Below, in pieces: positions 1-9,081 of a stretch of 44,166 nt of DNA. Position 1 is the first letter of the stretch, and each line of letters opens with the position of its first letter. Origin of the DNA: Acholeplasmataceae bacterium (lineage in GTDB: Bacteria > Bacillota_I > Bacilli_A > Acholeplasmatales > Acholeplasmataceae); contig DOYO01000023.1 in assembly GCA_003518475.1 (NCBI GenBank), positions 11,071 to 55,236 on the forward strand. Reading direction: 5' to 3'. A program made the position numbers and the translations under genes. Below the pieces are notes generated by a model, which ran no database searches, was not told where the DNA came from, and saw nothing but the letters and a program-made list of their open reading frames with translations.

Positions 1-3000
1 GATCCTGTTGAATCTTTCACAATCATGAAGTAATCATCATGGATGTACTGTACGACACCGGTTGTCAAATGATATTCATAAAGCGTTCCCCATAAGACTT
101 CCCTTATGGTTTCCATTTCCATCGGTAGGATTGTCACTTCAAAGATATAGCTGTCTGTATAAGTCGTCATCGTTGAAGAATCATAATATTCTAGATTCAG
201 TCTGACTTCTACATTAGTCTCTGTAGATACCGGCATGACTTGCATGCCATAATCATCCATATTGATGAGATCGGAATTTAATGGAGTCACAAGCTCGTAA
301 CTGAAGTAAACACTAAATAACGGATCATTGTCAGGAACTATATATCTCAAATAGTCGCCACCGGTTGCAGTAACATCTAAAAGCTTGGCAATCGCACGTT
401 GTTTCGTAAGTTGAAGAAGTTCCTGAGGTGTCATTTCCGGGAGTCTGATGTTGGACTCATCTCCGATGAATTCAACCATGATCATGTCATTTCTAACAAA
501 TAGGTTTGGATAGCAAACATCTATATAAACATATGCATCGACGTAGGCCATAATCTCAGATCTCAAAATTCCTTCATCGCTCACCCAGAACGCATAATAT
601 TCTTCGGTTCTGCGGCTTGCGTGATCCCTGATATAAATTCTTTCATCCATGTCTTCAATGAAGAACATATCCAGATAAATATCATAACCGAATTTGCCAT
701 AAAGCTCAATATAATCTCTTCTGATATCATCTGTTGACAAATCTGTTTCATAGACTTGAGCAATCGTCATCGGTCTTGAGGTTAAAACAATCGGATCAGG
801 TTCTGAAGTTGGAATGATTTCGATTTCATAGGTATAATTGGATGATCCATCGATGGTGCGCTTCAATCCGGTAATTAAGACTTCGGTATATGGATCATAG
901 TAATCATACGTGTATTTTTCCAGATAGTAAATTTCATCATTCACTAAATAATATCCATAATGTCTAGAAGCATACAGAACAACTGCAGAAAGTGCGATTT
1001 CATCCATTTCTGGAGTTAATAGGAATATGTCATCCAGTGTGCCTGTTGCGTATCCGTTAAGGAATACTTCAAAGCTTCTGGTGGTTGTTGCTGCATTTAA
1101 GGTGACTGTCATTTGAACAGTGATCACCTGGTCTGTCGGAGCTAAACTGAATGACATCGAGCTTCCACTGATATAAGCATAATCCATGCCTTCAGTCACT
1201 TCATAAGTAATGACTGCGGAAGTAAATAGATAATGATAAGTCGTAAAGTATGCATAATCACCTGGATTATAAGATCCTTCATAGAGTTGATCAATAAGCT
1301 GATCAGCAATCCGGTTCACTTTATCTTCATCTGTATAGGTGCCTAGGGTTAAATTGGTTCCCATGCCGTAATTATACGTGGTTAAGGTGATTTCCATCAG
1401 GGAGTCACTGGATGCATAGCCAACATAAAATGCATTGATCGTAACTTCATAGCCGACGTGGCGTGCCAGTAAATCTGCTCCATAATAAATCGCAGAGACC
1501 AAGATCATGTCTTGACCGTTTAAAAGGATATAAGTATCATAGTCATAACTCATGATCGTTCCGGTCACCTGCACTGGAGCGCCGTACATGTTGGTTGTTA
1601 ATGGATCTATATCATTTAACTGACCGACAGTCGTTGGAACGAATGTCTTGGCTGCAGATCCATAATTGGTGACTGTGTAATCATCTGTGATGATTTCAGC
1701 ACGTCCGTTGTTATTGTTATAAGTTCCTTCAACTTGAATTGTTTGTCCGACCAAGCTGTATTCATAGAAGTAGTACGCTGTCGGCATGAAGATGAGTCCA
1801 GTCGAATCCTCTAAAATGAGTCCAAAGTAGTCTTGATAAGGCAAAATGGCGATGACTTTTGCTTGGATGGCACTAGGTTCGCCATTCGAAAGCTTGAAGT
1901 CAGCAATCGATATCGGTGTTAAGATGATCTCATCTTCAGCAGGAACGATTACCATGTCGATGACGAACGTTTCATGAACCTCTGTAGAGATTTGAACAGT
2001 GGTAGTCACATTCACATGTGTCGTCACATCCACCAATCCAATAACTCCTGTGATTGGATTGAAAATTGCTTCATCGGCTGGAACGACTGACATGCTGATG
2101 GTTCCGCCAAGTGTTGGATGGGTTGTATAAATCATGACTGTCTGGGATTCCTCAAAGGATCCATCAAATTGATTTTCAACATAAAGCTTGACTAAAGCTA
2201 GTTTTTCTAAATCGGAATAGCTCTTTGGTTCAACTTCATTTGCCATGCCTGTATAAAGTATTTCCCAAGTTTCTGTGTAGTGATAGCCATCGACATATCC
2301 ATAAAGCGTAACGAAAGAGTCAAGCTTTTGTGCGAGTTTGTAATAAGTATACTCATCGGTAGGAACGATTCTGACTTCATCATCGCCTTGTGATAGCGTC
2401 ATATAGTTTTCAAGTCCGCCATAGGTCAGATATCCGGAAATAGAAACGTATCTGCTGTAGCTGTTTGGATCTTCAGGATCCATTTGATTGAGTTCATAGA
2501 TGATTAGGTTTTCAGATTCGATCACAACTGGGTTGTCTCTGGATAAAATCATCACGAGCATTGGAACATTGCGATCTGTTTCATAAAGAGTCACTTGTCC
2601 AACGCCGTAATAATCTGATTGTTTTTCTCCATAAAGGACGACTTCATCGCCTTTATAGAAGCTCATGTCATATTGTTCGACCTTGATGATGCCGGTAGCG
2701 TCTTGTACATAAGCGAAGTCTCGGTCTCTATAAATGACTAAGCCCTTGATGAAGACTAACGTATCATCTTCGAGTGTCTTCATTTCAGCGACGCTTACAT
2801 AATCTGGAGGAAGAATAGTTGTTTGATAGGTATAAACAGAAGAAAGTGCACCTGAAGTGATGGTCAGTTCTAAGGAGAATGGTGTTTCTTCATCAACAAA
2901 CTTAAATGTCTGAGAATCTTCATCATAAATCGATGCAGATTCATTTAAGAATTCATAAGTGATGGTTCCGCCAAGGATGGCATCGTATGGATTCATGAAG

Positions 3001-5816
3001 AAGGTATCAAAGCTGTGGAAGGTTACTGATGCATACTTATCAGCGAACACATTTAAAATAGCATCAATACGTTCTTGATCCATATAATTGGGAACTGATA
3101 GTTCAAAAGGAATGCCGGTATAGCATAATGAGAACGCTCCATCAAAGTTTTCAATCAGATAGCCTCTCATGATCACTTCATATCCTGTGTAAGGAAGAAG
3201 CTTATAATCAGTTCCAGAGCTTAAGGATAGGATGGGAAGCGTGAATAGATCTGTCGATAAAACAAAGTTTTCACTATCTCCTCCAACCATGGAGAGGTAG
3301 CCCCTGATTTCAACATATCTTGCGTAAGTATCCGGTTCATTTGGATTCAAAGCGGCAACTTCAGCTTCAGTTAAGACTAAAGCTGTGTGATTCAATGGAT
3401 TTAAGGAAGAAAGGATGATGATGGATTCAATATCATCAAAATAAATCATTTCCATCTTTTCATCCATTAAGGATTTGGAAGCTCTGATTTGAATCAGATC
3501 TCCTACATGGACTTCGAACCAGCCAAATAGATAGATGGATGCAGTATCATCCTTGATGATGGTGAAATCAAGATGGGTGTCCTTATAAACGACTAATGCT
3601 TCAAGGGTATAAACACCTTCATCATAGCTATAAAAGTCTTCTATGGAGGTAATCACGATATCTTCCAAGATGACTTCAAAGTCAAACGGGTAATGGGTTG
3701 TTCCTAATAAGATATCTGCAGTAAATTGTACGACTTTTGAAGATGTCGTTGCTAAAAATTGTTGATTTAGGGAATCATAGCTTAACGCATGCTCACCCGT
3801 GGATTGGAAGGTGATGGTTGAACCATGGAAAGGATCTGTTACTGGAAGGGTGAACATCTGATAGGAGTAATAGATCGGATCAATCATTGAGCGTAGCCAT
3901 GCTTCAATATCATTTGCTTTAAGTTCGTCTGTATAATTGAGATCCTGATAGAAGGCTAAACCACCTAACCATTGATTGGTATATCTGGATAAGATGACTG
4001 CGACTTGGAGTTTATGATTGACTAGGCTATTTAATTCACCTGGATTATAGAAGCGTTCTGATAACTGGAGTTGTTCACCTGTCATCATATCAATTAAATA
4101 GAAGTAGCCATCTCTTTCATCTAGGATACCTTCCACAGTATATGTCTTGTTATAGGAATCTATGGATGGGGCCATCAAGTTGATTTCCTCAATCGATGAA
4201 TTAAGAGAGTAGGAAACTGGATTGGATGTAGAAAGAACAGTAGTTTTGGTTATTGCGGTTAGCGTTGGCACGCCATTTGCTAAAGATAATGTTCCATCCA
4301 GTTCAACTAAAGAACCTATAGAGATTAAACTTTGATCGCTAAGGATGAATAGGTATCCTGATTCATCATAAATGTAGTAGCCGGTATACCCTGAGATCAA
4401 GGTCAAGTAAACCATGCCCTTGACAGTCACTTCTTGACCCATCTCGTTATGGATCAGGTTATTGATGAGTAAAGCATCCTCTGCTGAAATCCATTTCGCA
4501 TAGAGCGTAAAATCTAAAGCTGGCATGAATCCTGGAACGTAAGGATTTATTAAAGATGCGTCGGTATACCATCCATTAAAGACAAAATCAGTCTTGACTG
4601 GTGTAAGAGGTAGATCAAAGGGATCCATATATAAAACGCTCATGGATGGAACTACAGTTCCTCCAAACGTTTCATAAGTTACCGTATAAAGTCTTGGTGT
4701 CCACTTCGCGTATAATGTCTGACCGCCTGAAGGCATCACCCAGGATGTAAATAAAGTATTCAGCAAAGGATCTTCAAACCAGCCTGCAAAGGTATAACCA
4801 TCCTTGGTTGGGTTTGCTGGAGGTGTGATTGATGATCCTAAAGGAGCTGTCAGCATGGCTACATCAGTTCCGCCATTTGAATTGAAATAAAGATTGGTAT
4901 CGTTACCGAGCCATTTCGCATATAAAGTCATATCGTTAGCTGGCATGGTTGAAAAGACATAAGGAATCGTTAATGCAACATCTGTGTACCACCCGATGAA
5001 GGAATAACCGCTTCTAAGAGGAATAGACGGAGCAGTGATTGGGGATTCATATAAACCGGTCATGGAAGTAATGGATAGGTCTGCATTGCTTTCGAAATAG
5101 ATGGTATATGTGTTTCTGGAGTAGTATGCTTTGAGTGTCAAGGAACCATCTGCCAATACTGTGCCTGAGAGATCTGAATCGGGGTGACTTGTATTCAAGG
5201 TGAAGCCTGGAACAGTTGTGTTGTAATTGACTGTGGATTCTGTATAGGCTTCAGGAGGTGTCAACGTCACATATAAAGCATATTGATGAGATAGAGATTC
5301 ATGGTATATTTCAACTTCATAAGCGACCAATGCTGGTATGTATCTAGCTTCCAAAGTGATGTTGGTTGTTACTGGAGTTGAAAAGTCATAAGGTGTTGAA
5401 GATAACCCGATAAACCAGTCATCAAATGTATAACCTTCCTTGACTGGATCGGCGGGGCGTGTTACGGTTTCCCCTGAGTAAACGTTCTCGCTTGAAGTCG
5501 AAGAAGAAGAATTGGTGACGTAGGTTACCGTCACTTCCACCAAAGTTTCCCATTTTGCGTATAACGTGATTTCCAGATCAGTAGGAACTGATTTTTCACT
5601 GAAGGGTTCGGTAAGTTCTTCGTCTGTGAACCATCCTTCAAAGGAATATCCTTCACGTGTCGTGATGGGTAATCCCTCTTCGAAATCCTCAAAGGAGGTG
5701 ATATCAGGAATTGCTGTCCCTCCATTGGTTTCGAATGAAATTCTAAACGCATCCTTGCCGCAGGCACTCAATATAACTAAAAAAAACAGAAAGCTCAAAA
5801 CGAGATACTTCTTCAT
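1..5816 (-). CDS. Giant modular surface lipoprotein (partial, >1,938 aa; 3' end beyond the window). About 5 InlB B-repeat (Listeria-Bacteroides repeat) domains followed by ~290-aa OB-fold/Ig-like super-repeats
   Basis: ATG at 5816 preceded by RBS GAAAGGGG. N-terminus MKKYLVLSFLFFLVILSAC has a signal peptide and lipobox LSA-C. Repeated F(E/N)xNGG...GYxFxGW...LYAKW units. The same frame reads GVVQYIHDDYFMIVKDSTG at positions 59-3. The ORF track lists no closed ORF from this start, consistent with no in-frame stop inside the window. Confidence 0.9.
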   Translation of the reverse strand, partial: MKKYLVLSFLFFLVILSACGKDAFRISFETNGGTAIPDITSFEDFEEGLPITTREGYSFEGWFTDEELTEPFSEKSVPTDLEITLYAKWETLVEVTVTYVTNSSSSTSSENVYSGETVTRPADPVKEGYTFDDWFIGLSSTPYDFSTPVTTNITLEARYIPALVAYEVEIYHESLSHQYALYVTLTPPEAYTESTVNYNTTVPGFTLNTSHPDSDLSGTVLADGSLTLKAYYSRNTYTIYFESNADLSITSMTGLYESPITAPSIPLRSGYSFIGWYTDVALTIPYVFSTMPANDMTLYAKWLGNDTNLYFNSNGGTDVAMLTAPLGSSITPPANPTKDGYTFAGWFEDPLLNTLFTSWVMPSGGQTLYAKWTPRLYTVTYETFGGTVVPSMSVLYMDPFDLPLTPVKTDFVFNGWYTDASLINPYVPGFMPALDFTLYAKWISAEDALLINNLIHNEMGQEVTVKGMVYLTLISGYTGYYIYDESGYLFILSDQSLISIGSLVELDGTLSLANGVPTLTAITKTTVLSTSNPVSYSLNSSIEEINLMAPSIDSYNKTYTVEGILDERDGYFYLIDMMTGEQLQLSERFYNPGELNSLVNHKLQVAVILSRYTNQWLGGLAFYQDLNYTDELKANDIEAWLRSMIDPIYYSYQMFTLPVTDPFHGSTITFQSTGEHALSYDSLNQQFLATTSSKVVQFTADILLGTTHYPFDFEVILEDIVITSIEDFYSYDEGVYTLEALVVYKDTHLDFTIIKDDTASIYLFGWFEVHVGDLIQIRASKSLMDEKMEMIYFDDIESIIILSSLNPLNHTALVLTEAEVAALNPNEPDTYARYVEIRGYLSMVGGDSENFVLSTDLFTLPILSLSSGTDYKLLPYTGYEVIMRGYLIENFDGAFSLCYTGIPFELSVPNYMDQERIDAILNVFADKYASVTFHSFDTFFMNPYDAILGGTITYEFLNESASIYDEDSQTFKFVDEETPFSLELTITSGALSSVYTYQTTILPPDYVSVAEMKTLEDDTLVFIKGLVIYRDRDFAYVQDATGIIKVEQYDMSFYKGDEVVLYGEKQSDYYGVGQVTLYETDRNVPMLVMILSRDNPVVIESENLIIYELNQMDPEDPNSYSRYVSISGYLTYGGLENYMTLSQGDDEVRIVPTDEYTYYKLAQKLDSFVTLYGYVDGYHYTETWEILYTGMANEVEPKSYSDLEKLALVKLYVENQFDGSFEESQTVMIYTTHPTLGGTISMSVVPADEAIFNPITGVIGLVDVTTHVNVTTTVQISTEVHETFVIDMVIVPAEDEIILTPISIADFKLSNGEPSAIQAKVIAILPYQDYFGLILEDSTGLIFMPTAYYFYEYSLVGQTIQVEGTYNNNNGRAEIITDDYTVTNYGSAAKTFVPTTVGQLNDIDPLTTNMYGAPVQVTGTIMSYDYDTYILLNGQDMILVSAIYYGADLLARHVGYEVTINAFYVGYASSDSLMEITLTTYNYGMGTNLTLGTYTDEDKVNRIADQLIDQLYEGSYNPGDYAYFTTYHYLFTSAVITYEVTEGMDYAYISGSSMSFSLAPTDQVITVQMTVTLNAATTTRSFEVFLNGYATGTLDDIFLLTPEMDEIALSAVVLYASRHYGYYLVNDEIYYLEKYTYDYYDPYTEVLITGLKRTIDGSSNYTYEIEIIPTSEPDPIVLTSRPMTIAQVYETDLSTDDIRRDYIELYGKFGYDIYLDMFFIEDMDERIYIRDHASRRTEEYYAFWVSDEGILRSEIMAYVDAYVYIDVCYPNLFVRNDMIMVEFIGDESNIRLPEMTPQELLQLTKQRAIAKLLDVTATGGDYLRYIVPDNDPLFSVYFSYELVTPLNSDLINMDDYGMQVMPVSTETNVEVRLNLEYYDSSTMTTYTDSYIFEVTILPMEMETIREVLWGTLYEYHLTTGVVQYIHDDYFMIVKDSTG

Positions 5817-5896
5817 ATTTTTCCCCTTTCAATATAAAGCGCAGAAAAGACATTTGATGCCTATTTACTTGTAGCTATTCGCTTATTTATGTCCCT

Positions 5897-5905
5897 ATTC
5901 TACCA
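5897..5905 (-). promoter_or_regulatory. Extended -10 promoter element (TGGTAGAAT) for the giant lipoprotein gene
   Basis: Minus strand reads TG-G-TAGAAT about 80 nt upstream of the ATG; no clear -35. Confidence 0.45.
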
Positions 5906-6119
5906 CTGATGATAGGAAATGAGATACAAATTTCACGCATTTCTATAGAAAATTTATTGGACTAAAATCAATTGAAATTCAGTAATCTACATAATATTCA
6001 TCCAAATGAAATAATTGAGTCAAATATTCCTTACGTCTATCTTAAGTTGGGAATAAAATGGATAGGATAACTTGGCTGATTTCATTTAAATGGTAAAATA
6101 TTAATAAGGAGCGTGACCT

Positions 6120-6959
6120 ATGAGTGATTTAATGTTTCTTGAGTCCATCTTCAAAGAGCAATCATGGGGCGGGGATGCTTTTATTAAAACATTTGAATAT
6201 GAAATCCTTAATCATCGCACAGGTGAAGCCTATGTAATTTCTGGTATATCCGATGCTGATTTAAAGATCAAAAACGGAAAGTTTAAAAATTTAAATTTAG
6301 GATCCGTCTATAGGAGAAACAGACATCTGTTTAACAATCTAAAAAGCGATAAGTTTCCTTATTTGGTGCGTCTTCTTGACGTGAATGAAGATATAGGAGT
6401 TGAAGTTCATTCAGAGGTTGCCAAGGCTTATTACGTTTTAGATGCTAAAAAGGATGCGAAGATCCTTTTTGGACATGGAGCACTGTCAAAAGAAGAACTT
6501 AAACATAATCTTAATGAACTGATGATTGAAAGACCCGTATCAAAGGGAGATTTCATTTATGTTCCCGCGGGGGTTGCATATGCGCTTCTTAAGGGAGTGC
6601 TGATGATGGAACTTAGACTTTCATCAGGAAAGACGTTTACAGCAAGTGAGCAGGAAGCGGAGTTTATGAGTACTGTTTCTGTTCCTTCCTTCGATGAAAA
6701 AATAGCCCATAAGACTTTTCTGCTAGATGCCAGCAGGATTACTCAATTCCTAGATAAAAAAGCATTCACTGTGGAGAAATGGGAAATCAGGGATGTCTTA
6801 GACTTAGAAAACAAAAGCTTTAAAATGATGAGCGTTATCTCTGGAAAGGGATTCATCAATGGAACTAAGCTCAAGAAGGGTGAACACCTGATCATCCTAA
6901 GCGATACCAAGCACATCCAACTCGAAGGAAACATGGAACTCATTGTTTCTTATCTATGA
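6120..6959 (+). CDS. Class I mannose-6-phosphate isomerase-like cupin protein, catalytically degenerate
   Basis: Scaffold motifs FKEQSWGG, GEAY, FPYLVRLLD, GDFIYVPAG match the Bacillus ManA/YvyI family, but metal and catalytic residues are substituted. RBS AAGGAG; TGGTAAAAT element upstream. Confidence 0.8.
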   Translation: MSDLMFLESIFKEQSWGGDAFIKTFEYEILNHRTGEAYVISGISDADLKIKNGKFKNLNLGSVYRRNRHLFNNLKSDKFPYLVRLLDVNEDIGVEVHSEVAKAYYVLDAKKDAKILFGHGALSKEELKHNLNELMIERPVSKGDFIYVPAGVAYALLKGVLMMELRLSSGKTFTASEQEAEFMSTVSVPSFDEKIAHKTFLLDASRITQFLDKKAFTVEKWEIRDVLDLENKSFKMMSVISGKGFINGTKLKKGEHLIILSDTKHIQLEGNMELIVSYL

Positions 6960-6961
6960 TT

Positions 6962-6988
6962 AAAAAAACAAGCATGCATTGTTTTTTT
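6962..6988 (+). terminator. Intrinsic terminator-like hairpin
   Basis: AAAAAAACAA-gcatgca-TTGTTTTTTT immediately after the stop; the stem is weak and AT-rich. Confidence 0.5.
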
Positions 6989-7258
6989 AAAACTTTCAAT
7001 TCTTTCAAAATTCTTTGAATTTCATTTCATGTAATGTGTGTTTATGCTGTTTTATGAAATGATATCGTCACTTCATCCAAATATATATTTAATTTAGTTA
7101 AATATTTAACATATTTACGATTGATTTCACAGTTTTATCCTAAATATGTGTAAATTTAACTGAATGTGCACGCATTGTCATGTTTGTGAAACAGTTTAGA
7201 AATGATTAATCGATATAATGATTTATACAGGACAGAACCTATGTCGGGAGGGCAACCT

Positions 7259-7966
7259 ATGTTTGATATCTTACTAATTACAGAAGAATCTAATCTATTT
7301 AGTGAAATGGTCGACATTTTCAAAAAAGAATTCTTTAATGTCTATGTCAAGAATTTAAACTTTATTGAACATAACTCCAACGATATCCATCATTATGATT
7401 TTATCCTCGTCCATTTGGGATATTCAGAGCCGGCAAACGAACGCATCATCAAAACAATCAAGTCAAGATGCTTATGCCCGCTCTATGTATTCTCAAAGAA
7501 CCAAACTGATGATGAAAAAGCGAAACTGATGGAATTCGGTGCAGAAGGACACATCGATATTCCATTCAACAGCATGGTCGTCGCTGCACGGGTCAAGGCT
7601 GTCTTAAGATTCTTGAGTTCACTTAAAAAGACAAAAAGCAATATCATTCAAATCGGTCCGATTTTAGTCGATCTGGATAATTATTTAATTGTTGAAAACG
7701 ACAAATTCACAAACTTGACGAATGTCGAACATAAGATACTTAAAATTCTTCTTGAACATAGAGATCATACAGTCACGAAAGATGATATCATCCGCTATGT
7801 CTGGGATGATGACACATCAGCTACTGACAATGCGCTTGGTATTCACATCACGAGACTCAGAAAGAAAATAAACTGTGGTGGCCAAATTGATATTATTGAA
7901 ACCATTTGGGGAATCGGTTACCGTTTAAACTTCAGACTTTGTGAAATATTCCATAACGAAGAATAA
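7259..7966 (+). CDS. Orphan OmpR/PhoB-family response regulator with atypical (pseudo-)receiver domain
   Basis: C-terminal winged helix (LTNVEHKIL, HITRLRKKI, IETIWGIGY). RBS GGGAGG favours ATG 7259 over the track start 7202. No histidine kinase in the window. Confidence 0.85.
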   Translation: MFDILLITEESNLFSEMVDIFKKEFFNVYVKNLNFIEHNSNDIHHYDFILVHLGYSEPANERIIKTIKSRCLCPLYVFSKNQTDDEKAKLMEFGAEGHIDIPFNSMVVAARVKAVLRFLSSLKKTKSNIIQIGPILVDLDNYLIVENDKFTNLTNVEHKILKILLEHRDHTVTKDDIIRYVWDDDTSATDNALGIHITRLRKKINCGGQIDIIETIWGIGYRLNFRLCEIFHNEE

Positions 7967-8112
7967 GAACTGGAATCTATTATTCTAGACACTTATCAAA
8001 TAATACTATAAATAACCTATACAAAAACTTTCCTTTGTGGTATCATATTGGCATAAAAACATGTATCTTTGATACACATGAGCCAAGGCGAAAGTGAGTA
8101 TGGGTTATTTTT

Positions 8113-8556
8113 ATGAAAAATGGGATAGTCATTTATTCAAAGACAGGAAACACAAGAGCAGTTGCAGAACGGCTCGCTCAAGCGATGTATTGCCAAATAT
8201 TCGAGATTAGAGCAGTGAGTGATGATCCCAATATTCTGATTCCGGAACTTGTAACGAAACCTGATGTTTCAACATTTGATCATCTCGTCTTCGCATCACC
8301 CGTTCACGGGTTTTCCGTATCGAAGATTATGGAAGCTTATTTGAAGCAGCTTAAAGATTTAGAGGGTAAGACAGTTGATTTGTTTATCACGCATCATTTC
8401 CCATTCGCTTGGATGGGGGGAAATAGAGCACTTAAACAAATGAAAGCGATTGTTGAAGCCAAAAAGGGAATTGTTGGAAAAGTGACATCAGTCAATTGGA
8501 CTTCCAAGAAGAGAGAACAAGTGATTGAAGAACTAGTTAAAACCTATTCTATATGA
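8113..8556 (+). CDS. Flavodoxin-family protein
   Basis: FMN phosphate loop IYSKTGNT and FASPVH motif. Confidence 0.85.
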   Translation: MKNGIVIYSKTGNTRAVAERLAQAMYCQIFEIRAVSDDPNILIPELVTKPDVSTFDHLVFASPVHGFSVSKIMEAYLKQLKDLEGKTVDLFITHHFPFAWMGGNRALKQMKAIVEAKKGIVGKVTSVNWTSKKREQVIEELVKTYSI

Positions 8557-8945
8557 AAAAAGCAACGAAGATCCTCGTGATCATCCTAGTTTTTTTAGTT
8601 GTTGTGGGATTTGGCATGTTCTATTTTTTTCAAAAGATTGAAACATCTTTATCGGAGCTATCAGCTATTGAAATCGAAGATATTGATTTAACACAAATCG
8701 ATGATGGTGTATATGAAGGTTCTTACTCTGTATTTCCTATATCGGTAGAAGTGAAAGTGACTGTTGTAAATCATATCATTACCGATATTGAAATCACTAA
8801 GCATGATACAGGTCAAGGTCAACCCGCAGAAGTCATTATTGATGACGTTTTGTTGGAACAATCCATAGATGTCGATATCATTCAAGGAGCAACCTACTCC
8901 AGCAAAGTCATACTTTTAGCGATAAAAGACGCATTAACTGTTTAA
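8553..8945 (+). CDS. Membrane-anchored FMN-binding (FMN_bind) domain protein
   Basis: N-terminal TM helix; DGVYEG..VEVKVTV...ITDIEI; DVDIIQGATYSS flavinylation-like motif; start overlaps the flavodoxin stop (ATGA). Confidence 0.8.
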   Translation: MKKATKILVIILVFLVVVGFGMFYFFQKIETSLSELSAIEIEDIDLTQIDDGVYEGSYSVFPISVEVKVTVVNHIITDIEITKHDTGQGQPAEVIIDDVLLEQSIDVDIIQGATYSSKVILLAIKDALTV

Positions 8946-9081
8946 AATATTTTGAAAATCAAAGAAATCGACAAAGAACGCTTTCATAACTCATTTTTTC
9001 AGGCGTTAATGACATAAAATTGTAAGAATATGATATTCTATTATTGAGAATTATACTAAAATATGCAATACGAGGGAAAAG

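Noticed and set aside
581-5874. Track ORFs 581-763, 5531-5767 and 5566-5874
   Set aside because: They are alternative-frame or antisense shadows of the giant lipoprotein gene, with no RBS or recognisable motifs.
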